Assembly: GCA_038087875.1 (NCBI GenBank)
Contig: CM075988.1
Location: 21,144,001-21,208,000 of the forward strand
Reading direction: 5' to 3'
DNA length: 64,000 nt
Source of the DNA: Malacoraja senta
Taxonomy: Eukaryota
Of this stretch, positions 39,374-52,940 are shown one piece after another. The notes beneath the pieces were generated by a model, which did no database searches, was not told the origin of the DNA, and worked only from the letters and a program-made list of their open reading frames with translations. How positions within the stretch are numbered: position 1 is the stretch's first letter; each line of letters starts with the position of its first letter. Both the position numbers and the translations under genes were made by a program.

Positions 39374-39524
39374 ACCATGGACGGGAGAATCGAGGTGCAC
39401 GGCTACGCAAGAGTTTCTTCACTGACGCTCAAGAACATAGAACACACCGACTCGGGGGAATATGTATGCAGAGCTAAAAACCCAGTGGGCCATGACACAA
39501 AGTTCATGTACCTCGAAGTTCAGT
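39374..39524 (+). CDS. NCAM1: NCAM1 exon, Ig4 second half: TMDGRIEVHGYARVSSLTLKNIEHTDSGEYVCRAKNPVGHDTKFMYLEVQ
   Basis: cag|ACC acceptor, T|gtaagt donor, 151 nt (phase 0-1); strong match to NCAM1 ARVSSLTLK...MYLEVQY. Confidence 0.96.
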
Positions 39525-39561
39525 GTAAGTGAGAATCTAATACCATTTACAGATGTTTAGA

Positions 39562-39738
39562 CATAAAACGCTGGAGTAACTCAGCGGGACAGGCAGCATC
39601 TCTGGAGAGAAGGAATGGGTGACGTTTTGGGTCGAGACCCTTCTTCAGACTGAGATGCTGACTCTCCCGCTGAGTTGCTCCAGCATTTTGGGTCTATCTC
39701 GGTTTAAACCAGCATCTGCAGTTCCCCTTCCTACACAA
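39562..39738. repeat. Fold-back Penelope-derived unit just downstream of the Ig4b donor
   Basis: TSD AGATGTTTAGA at 39551-39561 and 39739-39749. Confidence 0.82.
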
Positions 39739-41204
39739 AGATGTTTAGATGTTAACTTTGTGTTTTCTGACTTAACATGAATAGGAAACTGGCATGGCGT
39801 GCAATTTATTCCCACACAACTATTTTGATTTATTTTTCAATGATCTAAAAATCTTTAAAAAAAACGAATTAGTGGACACCAGATACTGGAATCTTGAAGG
39901 GAAAAAAAACATGTTGTAGGATCCTTCCCATCGGGTCCCTCCAGCCCTTTATTTCTTTAGATTAGTTTAGAGATGCAGCATGGAAAGAGGCCCTTCGGCC
40001 CACCGAGTTCACACTATTTCTATGCCATCCCATTATCCCACTCCCTACGCACTTAGGGTAATGAACAGAGACCAATTAACCTACAAACCTGCACTCTTTG
40101 TGATGTGGGAGGAACCCACAAGACGCAGTCACAGGGAGAACATGCAAACTCTGCACAGACATCACCTGAGGTCAGGATCGAACCTGGGTCTCTGGCGCTG
40201 TTAGGCAGCAGCTCTACCTGCTGCACCCCTGTGCCGCCACCCCCTCCCACCCCCCTGTCTCATCTTATGTTCTTGATGTGTTCTTCTGTCCGTGTTCTGG
40301 TAAAAACACTTCTGCTTGGAATGTGTTGGTGTTGATTGTAAATATGCTGGAGTGGACCAGCATGAAGAGGACTAGGAACTGGTGCAGGGGTCTCATCATC
40401 AAGGTCTGGACCCAGGGTCTGTTTATCCACAAGTTCTGAACTGGAGGACAGATGCCTCCTTGGTCACCATCTCAACCCCTCTCACAATGGAGAGAAAGAA
40501 CCTGAATGAATCTCCGCAGTGACATCTGCTGTTGCCCAAGTTCCCGAGCTCAGAACCCGAGGTCCTCCAGCCGATTGTGATGAAATTCGCACGGTGTCCA
40601 GTCCCTGCTGAGGCTCTTCCTGCTTAAATTAGCTCAAAGCAAACGCTATGCTCCCCATACTTTCATTCCTCAAGACAAGCGATATGACGGCACGGCAGCG
40701 CAGCGGTAGAGTTGCCTCCTCACGGCGACAGAGACCCGGGTTCGATCCTGACCACGGGTGCTGTCTGTACGGAGTTTGTACCTTCTCCCCGTGACCACGT
40801 GTTCACTCCGGGTGCCCCGGTTTCCTCCCGCACCCCAAAGACGTACAGATTTGTAGGTTAATTGGCTTCGGTAAAATTGTAAATTGGGGTGATCGCTGGT
40901 CGGCACGGACTCAGTGGGACGAAGGGCCTGTTTCTGAGCTGTATCTCTGAAGTCACTAAAATAGAGTAAAAATAAAGGTGGCAGCTCAATACCACCTTCC
41001 CAAAGGCAGTTAGGGAATGAACAATAAATGCTGGCTCAGCCGCTGAAGCCCACGTGATGAACGAAATGTTTAAAAATACGAGTTTTTGGAAAGTAATTCC
41101 TTTGGAGAGAGTCCAATATGATATTAGGGCAGATGAGAAGAGTGAAGCATAAGCTTGGGGAGATGTTCATTGCCAAAATGTCGCCAGATTGCTCCTTGCA
41201 ATTA

Positions 41205-41523
41205 AGTTTAATTTAGTTTAGTTTAGAGATACAGCCCTGCAACAGGCCCTTTGGCCCACTGAGTCCACGCCAACCAGCGATTCCCATACACTAGCACCAT
41301 CCCATACACACACTGCGGGCAATTTATAATTTACCAAGCCAATTAGCCTACAAACCTGTACATCTTTGGAGTGTGGGAGGGAAACCGGAGAACCCGGAGA
41401 AAACCCACGCGGTCACAGGGAGAACATGCAAAAAACGCCGTGCAGACAGCACACATAGTCCGGATCGAACCCGGGTCTCTGCGCTGTGAGGCAGCACTCT
41501 ACCGCTGCACTGCCGTGCCACCC
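41205..41523 (-). mobile_element. HE1-like SINE
   Basis: Full architecture. Confidence 0.85.
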
Positions 41524-43125
41524 AATTAAATTGGATCTAATGCTTATATGCTCAAACCAAACTTTAGGAAAGTTTTTTTTTTTAATGTTCTGTTGGCGTC
41601 ATTCTGCTTTTTTTTTTTAAGGTATAAAGCAGTTCAGTTAAAATGCTAATTGATTCGCAGAAATAAACAATGAATGAGGATTCTCTCGTCCTTGATCCAG
41701 AATATGATTTAATTACCTGGATTCAAACTCACACTAAAAAACGTATTTCTTGGCTCAATTATGTAGCATAATTACAGCAATGACAAACCATGTTTCAAAT
41801 TATGTTTCTAAATTTGGATGCAGTTCATGAAATAAATATCTCAGAAGCTTCTGATCTTTGGATGGCACCAACAGCAAACTGGCAATTTAGTGTAGTAATC
41901 GGTGTATAGAACACAGCATAAATTAACTTTTTTTTGGGAAATTAGTTCCTTTGAAGGAAGGAAGGAAGAAAACAGTCTATCATATAACCGTTCAGTTGCC
42001 TGATAACAGCTGGGGGAAAACTGCCCCAGAATAGACAACAGACAATAGGTGCAGGAGTAGGCCATTTGGCCCTTCGAGCCAGCCTCAATCAGTACCCCGT
42101 TCCTGCCTCCTCCCCATACCATGCCTTACTGTAGCAGGAATGTTACATGGATAGACAATAGACAATAGGTGCTGGAGTAGTCCATTCGGCCCTTCGAGCC
42201 AGCACCGACATTCAATATGATCATGGCTGATCATCCCCAATCAGTACCCCGTTCCTGCCTTCTCCCCATATCCCCTGACTCCACTATCTTTAAGAGCCCT
42301 ATCTAGCTCTCTCTTGAAAGCATCCAGAGAACCTGCCTCCACCGCCCTCTGAGGCAGAGAATTCCACAGCCTCACAACTCTCTGTGAGAAAAGTGTTTCC
42401 TCGTCTCCGTTCCAAATGCTTACCCCTTATTCTTAATCTGGTGGTCACACTTCTGTACCTCTAGCCTGATGGGAGAGGGGATGAAGAGGGAGTGAGTCTA
42501 GTCCTTGGTTATACTGGTGGCCTTGCCGAGGCAGCCTGTGTAAATGGAGTCAATGGAAGGGGAGGGTGGTTTTAGTTTTTCCTAGGTGCTTGTTTTCAAA
42601 ATATGCCTAATTTAAACTCCAAACGTATTAATGCAGATCATCACGGATACCTCTGGTCATGTGAATTATTCATGGACTAATTTCTCTAAATTTTAATTAC
42701 ATTTCATTCAGAAGCAAGTCACATACAAACATGTGAGCAGCCTTGATAGGATTTAAGGCATTTCATTTTCATTTGGAATTATGAAATATTCAGAGATTTT
42801 AATTGCATTAACAATGAAAGTAGAGAATTATTTTAACCAATCCAAGCCTAACAGAAACACATTTCCTTTTACATAAATCTTTGTTACTGTTTCACCTTTT
42901 CACATGATGAGATCTGGAAGGAGATAAGTTGACATCCAAATCACAAGTTGATTCAGTCCAGTGACCAACAAAGAGGTACCAGGTTCAATTCTACTTGCCT
43001 GTTCTCTGTCCCCTCTCTGTGTATGTTGAGGTCTTTTAAAATCCAATGAAGATTTTTGCCTCATCAGAGAGTTTAAGATCCTGAACATTCTCTGGTTTAA
43101 AAAAAATCTCCTCACCTCTCTGCTA

Positions 43126-43420
43126 AGTTTAGCTTAGTTTAGTTTAGAGATACAGGGCGGAAACAGGCCCTTCGGCCCACCGAGTCCGCACATTCACACT
43201 ACCCTACTCACACTAGGGACAATTTAAATTTCTTTACACCAAGCCAATTAACCTACAAACCTGTATGGTCTTTGGAGTGTGGGAGGAAACCGAAGATCTC
43301 GGAGAAAACCCACGCAGGTCACGGGGAGAACGTACAAACTCCGTACAGACGGCACCCGTATTCGGGATTGAATCCGGGTCCCTGGCGCTGTAAGGCAGCA
43401 ACTCTACCGCTGCGTCACCC
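43126..43420 (-). mobile_element. HE1-like SINE; another copy at about 43748-44038
   Basis: Full architecture. Confidence 0.85.
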
Positions 43421-44953
43421 TAGCTAATTATTTTGCTAATTGCTTTAAATTTCTGCCCCTTGTCTTGGAATCTTTCTGCAAAAGGTAACACATCCCCTGC
43501 CATTTTATCGATAGGGGCCTCATCGTTTAATACACGTACATAAATCATCACACTGCCCCAAGCCAATTCAATCCTTGCTTCCAAATAAATTGTACAATCC
43601 TGGGAATATCTTCCCTCATTAATCTCTAGCTACACACCGCTCGTGTGATTGCATCTTAATAATATGGTCATCAAAGCTATTATAATACCCAACCACGGAA
43701 TAGATAGAGTGAGATAATTGATTACAAAGTACATGCCGTGATTCTGTGTAGTTTAGTTTAGAGATACAGCACGGAAACAGGCCCTTCGGCCCACCGACCA
43801 GCGATCCCCGCACATTAACACTACCCTACACACACTAGGGACAATTTTACATTTTATACCAAGCCAATTAACCTACAAACCTGTACGTCTTTGGAGTGTG
43901 GGAGGAGAGAAGATCTCAGAGAAAACCCACACAGGTCACAGGGAGAACGTACAAAACTCTGTACAGACAGCACCCGTAGTCGGGATCGAACCCGGGTCTC
44001 TGGCGCTGTAAGGCAGCAACTATCTCGCCGCGCCACCCCAATACTTAATAATACGGTCGTCAAAACGATTTAAATACTCGACTGCTGCATAGGCAGAGTG
44101 GGATAATTGGTTAGAAATTACATGCGTGATTCGATGAGGTTGTTTTATTCACATTGTCAGCTGCTGCAGCAAAACAATTAGAATTCTTCTCTGTTAATCT
44201 TCCCATATTATTCACAATAGGGTTTTTTTCTGCTCACCTTTTGACATTAGCATTGTGTAAGAGGAATGTTAAATTTCACAGTGACTGCCTCAAGTTTTCG
44301 GAATAAATAATTGTTTACATCCAGCTCTGCTCTTAGTGCATTTTGTTTAACAGTGCCGTTAGCTGCAGGTTGCATACATTAAGAATGTGCGACTCTGTTC
44401 AGATACACAATCAGAGTGTCCATTTCATGTGAAACAGAAGTTGTTGGAGGCGCTCAGCAGGCCAAGTAGCATCTCAGGAGGGAGCAAGTGGGCCAATGTT
44501 TCAGTTCAAGGTCCCTTCCAATACTGATACTGCTGGGGTGTTCCGTAGCTGATGAATTTTGAGAGGCACGGTGGTGCAGCGGTAGAGTTGCTGCCTCACA
44601 GCGCCAGAGACCTGGGTTCAATCTTGTCTGTACGTTCTCCCTGTGACCACGTGGGTTTTCTCCGGGTGCTCCGGTTTCCTCCCACACTTCCAAGTTTGCA
44701 GGTTAATTGGCTTGTGTAAATTGTAAATTGTCCCTAGTGTGTGTGGATAGTACTAGTGTACGGGGTGATCGCTGGTCGGCGCGGACTGAGTGGGATGAAG
44801 GGCCTGTTTCCACGCTGTATCTCTCAAGTCTAAATTGTCTGCATCTTTGGTTTAAGCCAGCATCTGCGGCTCCTTATTATTACATATTGAGTGGAGTGTG
44901 TTTATTTTTTACAAACAAAAACCTTTCCAGTCATTCTTGTCTCTCGATCTCAG

Positions 44954-45138
44954 ATGCCCCGAAGCTGCAGGGCACGGTGACCGTCTACACCTGGGAGGGG
45001 AACCCCGTGAATATTACCTGCGAGGTCCTGGCCCACCCCCTTGCGCTGGTAACCTGGTTGCGAGATGGCCAGCGGTTGCCGAGCTCCAACTACAGCAGCT
45101 TGAAGGTCTACAGCACCCGAACCACCAACTACCTTCAG
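44954..45138 (+). CDS. NCAM1: NCAM1 exon, Ig5 first part: YAPKLQGTVTVYTWEGNPVNITCEVLAHPLALVTWLRDGQRLPSSNYSSLKVYSTRTTNYLQ
   Basis: cag|AT acceptor, CAG|gtaagg donor, 185 nt (phase 1-0); APKLQG, YTWEGN and LPSSNYS are NCAM1-type rather than NCAM2-type. Confidence 0.97.
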
Positions 45139-45339
45139 GTAAGGAGTTCAGACGGAGATTCGTCGCACGATTCACGCTAACCCCCTCCGCACGGTCGCAC
45201 TGGCCCTCGCTCAGGAGGGCATTTGAAACGTCTTGGGCGTGGAATGGGTCAGATTGGCAGGCTTTGAGCTCGGAATATTCAGTCCACATAGGAGAGGCAT
45301 GGTTCTTTGTAACATCATACCACTAAACTGTAGTACTGC

Positions 45340-45815
45340 ATGCCAAAACATCGCGGAGCTGCGGGTCTGTGGAGCGGCCAGCCGCGGGCGGCGGCGCTGA
45401 ACTTTAACATCGGGAGCCTGGGATCTCTCGCCGAGATCGCCAGTGGTGGAGCTCCGTCCAGCGCGTCCTGTCGGCTTCGGAAGCCGCGGTCTCCGGTAAG
45501 GAAGCGGCCGTTCCAGGTGTCCCAAGCCGCTGAGAGGATTCTCCCGACGCCCGAGCACCATCATCCAGCGAGAAGGGCCTGGAACATCGGGCCTCCATAA
45601 AGGCGACTGCGGAGGCCTCAATAGGCCCGACTATGGGTGGGGATGGGGACTGGACTCTGTGCCTTCCCTCATAATGGGGATCCATTGTGGGGGGATGTTT
45701 TTATGTTTAAATTTCTTTATTATTGTTCTGTTGTATTCTTTTTAATGTGCTGTAATGGCAATACACATTTCATTACACCAATTGGTGGATGTGACTAATA
45801 AAGAACCTTTGAACC
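45340..45815 (+). mobile_element. Unclassified CpG-rich retroposon-like insertion
   Basis: GC/CpG-rich body, then T-rich UTR, GTGACTAATAAA and (GAACCTTT) tail resembling the LINE tails in this window. Confidence 0.5.
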
Positions 45816-45842
45816 AGTATTTCTAATCTTGGAAGTCAGTCT

Positions 45843-45955
45843 GAAGCCAGATGTGAAGATCTATTGCCAGATGTGAAGATTTATTGCCATATATCTATTG
45901 TATATTGATCTATTGTATATTGCCAGATGTGAAGCCAGATGTGAAGATCTATTGT
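45843..45955. repeat. Short tandem repeat, unit GCCAGATGTGAAGATCTATT
   Basis: About four imperfect copies. Confidence 0.8.
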
Positions 45956-46469
45956 TCATACTCGGTGTGCCGAAGGATCTGTTTCCACGCTGTATCTCTA
46001 AACTAAATTAAACTATGATAGACACAAAAAGCTGGAGTAACTCAGCGGGAAAGGGTGACTTTTGGGGTCGAGACACTTTGTACACATACAAGGAATTTGC
46101 CTTGGTGCTCATGACTTTTGGGGGTCGAGACCGTTCAGCAGACCCTGAGCTACAACACCGAGGGTGTGGGAAAGTGTGTGTTGCTGAAGCTGGTGGTGTG
46201 GGACTTCAGGCTTCTGCACCTCCTGCCAGACGGTAGGAGCGGAACGCGGGCATGGCCCGGGTGGTGGTGTTCCTTGCTGATGGATGTAACAGGTCATTGC
46301 TAGTAGTTTAGTGATACAGCACGGAAACAGGCCCTTCGGCCCACCGGGTTCGCGCCGACCAGCGATCCCCGCACATGAGCCTTACACCCACTAAGGGCAA
46401 TATTTACATTTACCAAGCCAATTAACCTACAAGCCTGTACTTGGACTGTGGGAGATGCATCACAATCTC

Positions 46470-46783
46470 GTTTAGTTTAGTTTAGAGATACAGCACGGAA
46501 ACAGGCCCTTTAGCCCAGCGAATCCACAACGACCAGCGATCCCTGCACACTAACACTATCCTACACACAATAACGACTATTTACACTTATCCCAAGCCAA
46601 TTAACCTACCAACCTGTACGTCTTTGGAGTGTGGGAGGAAACCGAAGATCTCGGAAAAAACCCACGCAGGTCACGGGGAGAGCGTACAAACTCCGCACAG
46701 ACAGCACCCGTAGTCGGGATCGAACCCGGGTCTCCGGTGCTGCATTCGCTGCAAGGCAGCAACTCTACCGCTGCGCCACCGTG
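46470..46783 (-). mobile_element. HE1-like SINE ending 28 nt upstream of the Ig5b exon
   Basis: Full architecture; the head ends at CGCCACCGTG. Confidence 0.87.
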
Positions 46784-46811
46784 ACATTCTGATGATTCCC
46801 TCCCTCCCCAG

Positions 46812-46908
46812 GTCACACCCGACTCCGAAAACGACTTTGGTCCCTACAACTGCACAGCCAGCAACCTCGTCGGTGTGGAATCCAAGGAGTTTATTCTGGT
46901 GCAAGCTG
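46812..46908 (+). CDS. NCAM1: NCAM1 exon, Ig5 second part: VTPDSENDFGPYNCTASNLVGVESKEFILVQA
   Basis: ccccag|GTC acceptor, G|gtaagt donor, 97 nt (phase 0-1); near-identical to NCAM1 VTPDSENDFGNYNCTA...EFILVQA. Confidence 0.97.
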
Positions 46909-48711
46909 GTAAGTTGAAGTCCATTTTTACTCTTGATTTATTCATTGAAATTTCAGCATCCCAATGATACTTTGTTTGCCACTTCCTGATATCTTTCCCA
47001 GGGTAAAGGGTGTGCGCAGGATAAATCTGCCTTTGTAGCAGGATGATGTTGGTCCTGTTCATTCCAGTAAACTTACCATGGTTGAGTACATTGATGCTCT
47101 TTCAGGTTCACTGTCGAATCATCTCTGGGACTTATGTTCAATTTATTGTCACGTGTACCGAGGAACAGTGAGAAGCTTTTGTTGCGTCCTGATTAGTCAG
47201 TGGAAATATTACACGATCATCCATGATTACAATTGAGCCGTCCACAGTGTACAGATACAGGATAAAGGGAATAACGTTTAGTGCATCATCAAGGACCCAC
47301 GCCATCCTGGCCACACACTCATCTCTCCACTGCCATCAGGTAGAAGGTACAGGAGCCTGAAATCTGCAACATTCAGGTTCAGGAATAGCTGCTTCCCCAC
47401 AGCCATCAGGCTATTAAACACAACTTCAAACAAACTCTGAACTGTAACATCCTATTGCACTTTATCTGTTTATTGAGGTGTATATATATATATATTCTAT
47501 GGTATATGGACACACTGATCTGATCTGTATTTATGACTATAATATCCTGTTGTGCTGAAGCAAAGCAAGAATTTCATTGTCCTATCTGGGATAAATGACA
47601 ATAAACTCTCTTGACTTGACTTGACTTGCAAGGTAAAGTCCGTGGGTCTCCAATGAGGTCGATAGGAAGTCAGGCCCGCTCTCCAGTCAGTGCTAGGATG
47701 ATATAGTTGCCCGATAACAGCTGGGGAGAAACTCCCTGAATCTGGAGGTGTGCGTTCACACTTCTGTGAAAACCTCAAGCCTGAGGGGAGAAGAGGGAGT
47801 GACCGGGTTGAGGCGGGTCCTTGATTATGCTGGTGGCCGTGTCGAGGCAGCGGGAGGTGCAAACGGCGTCAATGGAAAGGAGGTTGGTTTGTGTGATGGT
47901 CTGGGCTGCATTCATAACTCTCTGCAGTTTCTCATGGGCTTGGACGGAGCTGTTCCCAAACCATGCTGCAACCCATCCTGATAAAATGTTTTCTGCGGCG
48001 CATCTGTAGAAGTTGGTGAGTGTTGTCGAGGACATGTCGAACTTCCTGAGTCGTCTTGAGCCTGGTGAGGAAGTAAGTGATATGATTGACGTGGCAAAGT
48101 TAGAACAGGACAATGCGGGGGACAGACTCTTCACTCCACAACGTCCGTGCCTTTGCTTCCACCACCACACTTGGCAGCACGTTCCAGGCGTCCAACACCC
48201 TCTGTGTGTAAAAAAAAAAACATGCCTCGCACATTCTCCTTTAAACTTTCCCCTCCTGGCAATGCTGAGGGCAGCACAGTGGAGTGTGGGAGGAAACCAG
48301 AGCACCCGGAGAAAACCCACGCGGTCACGCGTAACCCTGTACAGACAGCACCTGCAGTCAGGATCGAACCCGGGTCTCTGGCGCTGTAAAGGCAGCAACT
48401 CTACCGCTGCGCCACCGTGCATGCACTCAACAGTTTCCTGCCAAGACACAGTGGGAACTGTGACTCCCGGGATGGGAATGAATGTGAGGAAATGTGAAAC
48501 AAGGAGGTAAACAAGTTGCTAATTTGTTCCTCGGAGCTTCCTCTCCAACTTAATTTCCCGGGGGGTTATCCTCGGATACTCGCAGGTAAAGCTCTCGAGA
48601 AGATTGCAGTTTTCTCCAGTCTCTCTAGCTGAGTTCTTGTGAAACCTCTTTAGTCAGTGGGTGGTGAATCTGTGGAATTCATTGCCACAGACAGCCGTGG
48701 ACAGCATATCA

Positions 48712-49084
48712 ATGGCCCAGCACTTCAACTCCCCCTCCCATTCCCAATCTCACCTTTCTGTCCTGGGCCTCCTCCTTTGTCAGAGTGAGGCCCAGCGCAA
48801 ATTGGAGCAACAGCACCTCATATTTCGCTTAGGTAGTCTACACCCCAGTAGTATCAACATTGACTTCTCTAATTATAGATAGCCCTTGCTTTCTCCCTCC
48901 TTCCCCTTCCCCTTCTCAGTTCTCCCACAGTCCTACTGTCTCCGCCTACTTCCTTTCATCCACCCCCCCCCACCCCACCCCGACATCAGTCTGAAGAAGG
49001 GTGTCGACCCAAAACGTCACCTATTCCTTCTCTCCATAGATGCTGCCTCACCCGCTGAGTTTCTCCAGCATTTTTTGTCTACCT
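48712..49084 (+). mobile_element. Penelope-like element 3' fragment
   Basis: AQHFNSPSHS...QRKLEQQHLIFRLGSLHPSSINIDFSNYR* then terminal unit; interrupts a CR1 fragment. Confidence 0.82.
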
Positions 49085-52000
49085 ACAAGTCAATGGATAT
49101 TATTAAGGCAGAAATTGAAAGATTCTTGACTATTACAGCTGTCAGGGGTTACGGGGAGAAGACAGGAGAAAGGGGATGAGCGGGACAGATAGATCAGTCA
49201 TGATTGAATGGTGGAGCGGACTGGAGTAGGGCCTGTTTCCTGTAAGACAATAGACAATAGGCAATAAGTGCAGTAGGCCATTCGGCCCTTTGAGCCAGCA
49301 CCGCCATTCAATGTGATCATGGCTGATCATCCCCAATCAGTACCCCGTTCCTGCCTTCTCCCCATATCCCCTGACTGCACTATCTTTGAGAGCTCTATCA
49401 AGCTCTCGCTTGAAAGTATCCAGAGAACCTGTCTCCACCGCCCTCCGAGACAGAGAATTCCACAGACTCACCACTCTCTGTGAGAAAAAGTGTTTCCTCG
49501 CCTCCGTTCTAAATGGCTTACTCATTCTTAAAATGTAGCCCCTGGTTCTGGTCTCCCCCAACATCGGGAACATGTTTCCTGCCTCTAGCGTGTCCAAACC
49601 CTTAACAATCTTATATGTTTCAATGAGATCCCCTCTCATCCTTCTAAACTCCAGAGTGCACAAGCCCAGGTGCTCCATTCTCTCAGCATATGACAGTCCC
49701 GCCATCCCGGGAATTAACCTTGTAAACCTACGCTGCACTCCCTCAAAAGACTCTATGACATTATGCATAGATAGGGTGGACAGTCGCAACATTTTCCCCG
49801 GGATGGAAATATCAAAGGCAAAGAGGGCATAACTTTAATAAACACACCAAGCTGGAGTAACTCAGCGGGACAGGCAGCATCTCTGGAGAGAATGAATGGG
49901 TGACGTTTCGGGTCGAGGCCCGTCTTCAGACTCAGTAAGCGTAGCTTTGATGTGAGAGCAGCAAAGTTTAAGGGAGATGAGTGAGGCTTTTCTTTTACAC
50001 AGAGGGTGGTGGGTGCCTGAAATGCTCTGTCAGGGGTGGTGGTGGTGGAGGCAGATGCGATAGTGGTCTGACCTTCAAGAGTGCTTTAGATAGGCACATG
50101 GAAGTTCAGGGAACGGAGGGATGTGGATTGCGTGCAGGGAGAGGAGATTGGTTTAACCCTGCATCATATTTGTCATGATGATTATTATGGGCCAACAGGT
50201 GTGTTCCTTGCTGTATTGTTCATCGTGGATGCTGGTGATATTGGGAGTTAGGATGTTCTCAGCATGTTGGTGGAACCTTATGTCTAGCCGATATCAATCG
50301 GGAACACAGGGGGTCCAGACTAGAATCGAATGGCTGGTTCACCTCGTACTCAGGAATTCTCAGCTACCTTCTCCGCCATTGTCGTATCAATTTCTAAATG
50401 GCACGTGTCAAAATCACAAAGTGCGGCAAAGGATTTGATCCTGACACAAAAATGCTGGAGAAACTCAGCGGGTGCAGCAGCATCTGTGGAGCAAAATAAA
50501 TAGGCAACGTTTCGGGCCGAAACCCTTCTTCAGACTCTGAATTGTTTGATCCTGACTGCGGGTGCTGTCGGTACGGAGTTTGTTCCTTCTCCCTGCGACT
50601 GTGTGGGTTTTATCTGGGATCTCCGCTTTCCTTCCCCACTCCACAGACACACAGGTTTGTAGGCTAATTGGCTTGGTATCATTGCAAATTGTCCCTAGTG
50701 TGTGTAGGATAGTGTAAGTGTGTGGGGATTGCTGTGAACGATGAGTAGCTCACTTTGTAAGTACACGGCCGCAGGGGAATCTATACCTTGCACTCTGCTC
50801 TTGCCATTTTAAATAGACATCTCATGTATGAATGTCAGGTAAATCTCTACACATAAATACAATGCGATATGATTCAACTTTATTTATGCCTGTGGGATAT
50901 TGGTCTGCCGACAGTCGAAGGACACCGTGGCAAGGCTTTACGACTGTGGGGATTGCTGGCCAACACGGACACGGTGGGGCCGAAGGGCCAGTTTCTGCGC
51001 TGTTATCTCTGAACCAAACTAAACATTAGTGCTTGGGCCATTTGAAGGAAAGTTGTGTGTGGAATAAAATGGAATGTGATTTATTTGGCGAGATTTAATT
51101 CCCCGGCAATTATACGCAGCAGTCAGCCAGATGAACAGGTTTTTGGGTCTGAATTGAGAGCTCGTTCTCCTGTGTAATGAAAGGATGTGAGCTGCCGAAA
51201 CACATGGCACAGTTTGATCTAAACATGAAGCTACACGGAAGCCGATAAGGTGCGCCTGCATTAGCAAAGCGCACGTTTAGTGTGGGATCAGGAGGGGGGG
51301 GAAAATATGCAAACGCCTGGGTGAGCTGCCAAGTTGATCTCGCGCCCCTCTGTCCGACGGGACCTTGAATTGATAAGTATGGCGGTACTCACGGCAACTC
51401 TTGTCGGGAAGAGAAACCGCATGTCAACGGAGCTGAACGATTGCAAGATTGTCAATACATGCACCTTTACTGCGGTGTTCTGCACTGCAGTCTTGTCTGT
51501 GCATGCCATCTTCACATCTTTGCACATCTCTCATCCTGGACGTGGCCACCCAATAATTTCATTCCTGTTTGTTACACGTATGCTGCGCAATAACTGGTCA
51601 CTTATATGTCATCATTATTATTATAATGCCCATGACACTTTCAAAGCTACTCCGCCATTCAATCATGGCTGATCATATAAGTTAAGGGCTTGGACACGCT
51701 AGAGGCAGGAAACATGTTCCCGATGTTGGGGGAGTCCAGAACCAGGGGCCACAGTTTAAGAATAAGGAAGTAAGCCATTTAGAACGGAGATGAGGAAACA
51801 CTTTTTCTCACAGAGAGTTGTGAGTCTGTGGCATTCTCTGCCTCAGAGGGCAGTGGAGGCAGGTTCTCTGGATGCTTTCAAGAGAGAGCTAGATAGGGCT
51901 CTTAAAGATAGCGGAGTCAGGGGATATGGGGAGAAGGCAGGAACGGGGTACTGATTGGGGATGATCAGCCATGATCACATTGAATGGCGGTGCTGTCTCG

Positions 52001-52316
52001 AAGGGCCGAATGGCCTACTCCTGCACCTTTTGTCTATAAAGCCTTGCCACGGTGTCCTTCGACTGTCGGCAGACCAATATCCCGCCGGCATAAATAAAGT
52101 TGAATCATATCGCATTGTATTTATGTGTAGAGATTTACCTGACATTCATACATGAGATGTCTATTTAAAAATGGCAAGAGCAGAGTGCAAGGTATAGATT
52201 CCCCTGCGGCCGTGTACTTACAAAGTGAGCTTCTCATCGTTCACTGAAATGAGCCTGTGGTGGAAAATATTCCTCCTGGTTCATCAACGTTCAGCAAGTC
52301 TCTTCAAAAAGGCAGC

Positions 52317-52940
52317 TGGGTGGCGCAGTGGTAGAGTTGCTGCCTTACAGTGCAAGAGACCTGCGTTCGATCCAGACTGCGAGTGCTGTCTGTACAGAGT
52401 TTGTACGTTCTCCCCGTGACCTGCGGGTGCTCTGGATTTCCTCCCACACTGCAAAGACGTGCAGGTTTGTAGGTTAATTGGCTTCGGTAAGAATTGTAAA
52501 TTGTCCCTAGTGTGTGGGACATTGTTCGTGTATGCGGATCGCTGGTTGGTGCGGACTCGGTGGGCCAAAGGGCCTGTTTCTGCGCTGTATCTCTGAACTA
52601 GGCTAAACTAAATGCTCGGCAGCAGCACATGTTTTCGGCCCACCGGGTCCTTGCCCGACCAGCAATCCCCGCACACCGACCCCAACATCGGGAACCTGTT
52701 TCCTGCCTCTAGCGTGTCCAAACCCTACACACGAAGGACAATGTACAATTTTACCAAGTCGATCAGCCTACAAATCTGTACGTCTTTGGAGTGTGGGAGG
52801 AAACCGGAGCACCCGGAGAAAACCCACGCAGGTCATGGGGAGAACGTACAAACTCCATACAGACAGCACCCCTAGTCAGGATCGAACCGGGTCTCTGGCG
52901 CTGTAAGGCAGCAACTCTACCGCTGCGCCACCGTGCTGCC
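52317..52940. mobile_element. Tail-to-tail pair of HE1-like SINEs (+ then -)
   Basis: Plus copy 52317-52611, minus copy about 52633-52940. Confidence 0.85.

Noticed and set aside
45340..45640. CpG-island promoter
   Set aside because: It is short, mid-intron and followed by a retroposon-type tail; more likely a young repeat.
45843..45955. CRISPR-like array
   Set aside because: Eukaryotic context, no unique spacers; a simple degenerate tandem repeat.
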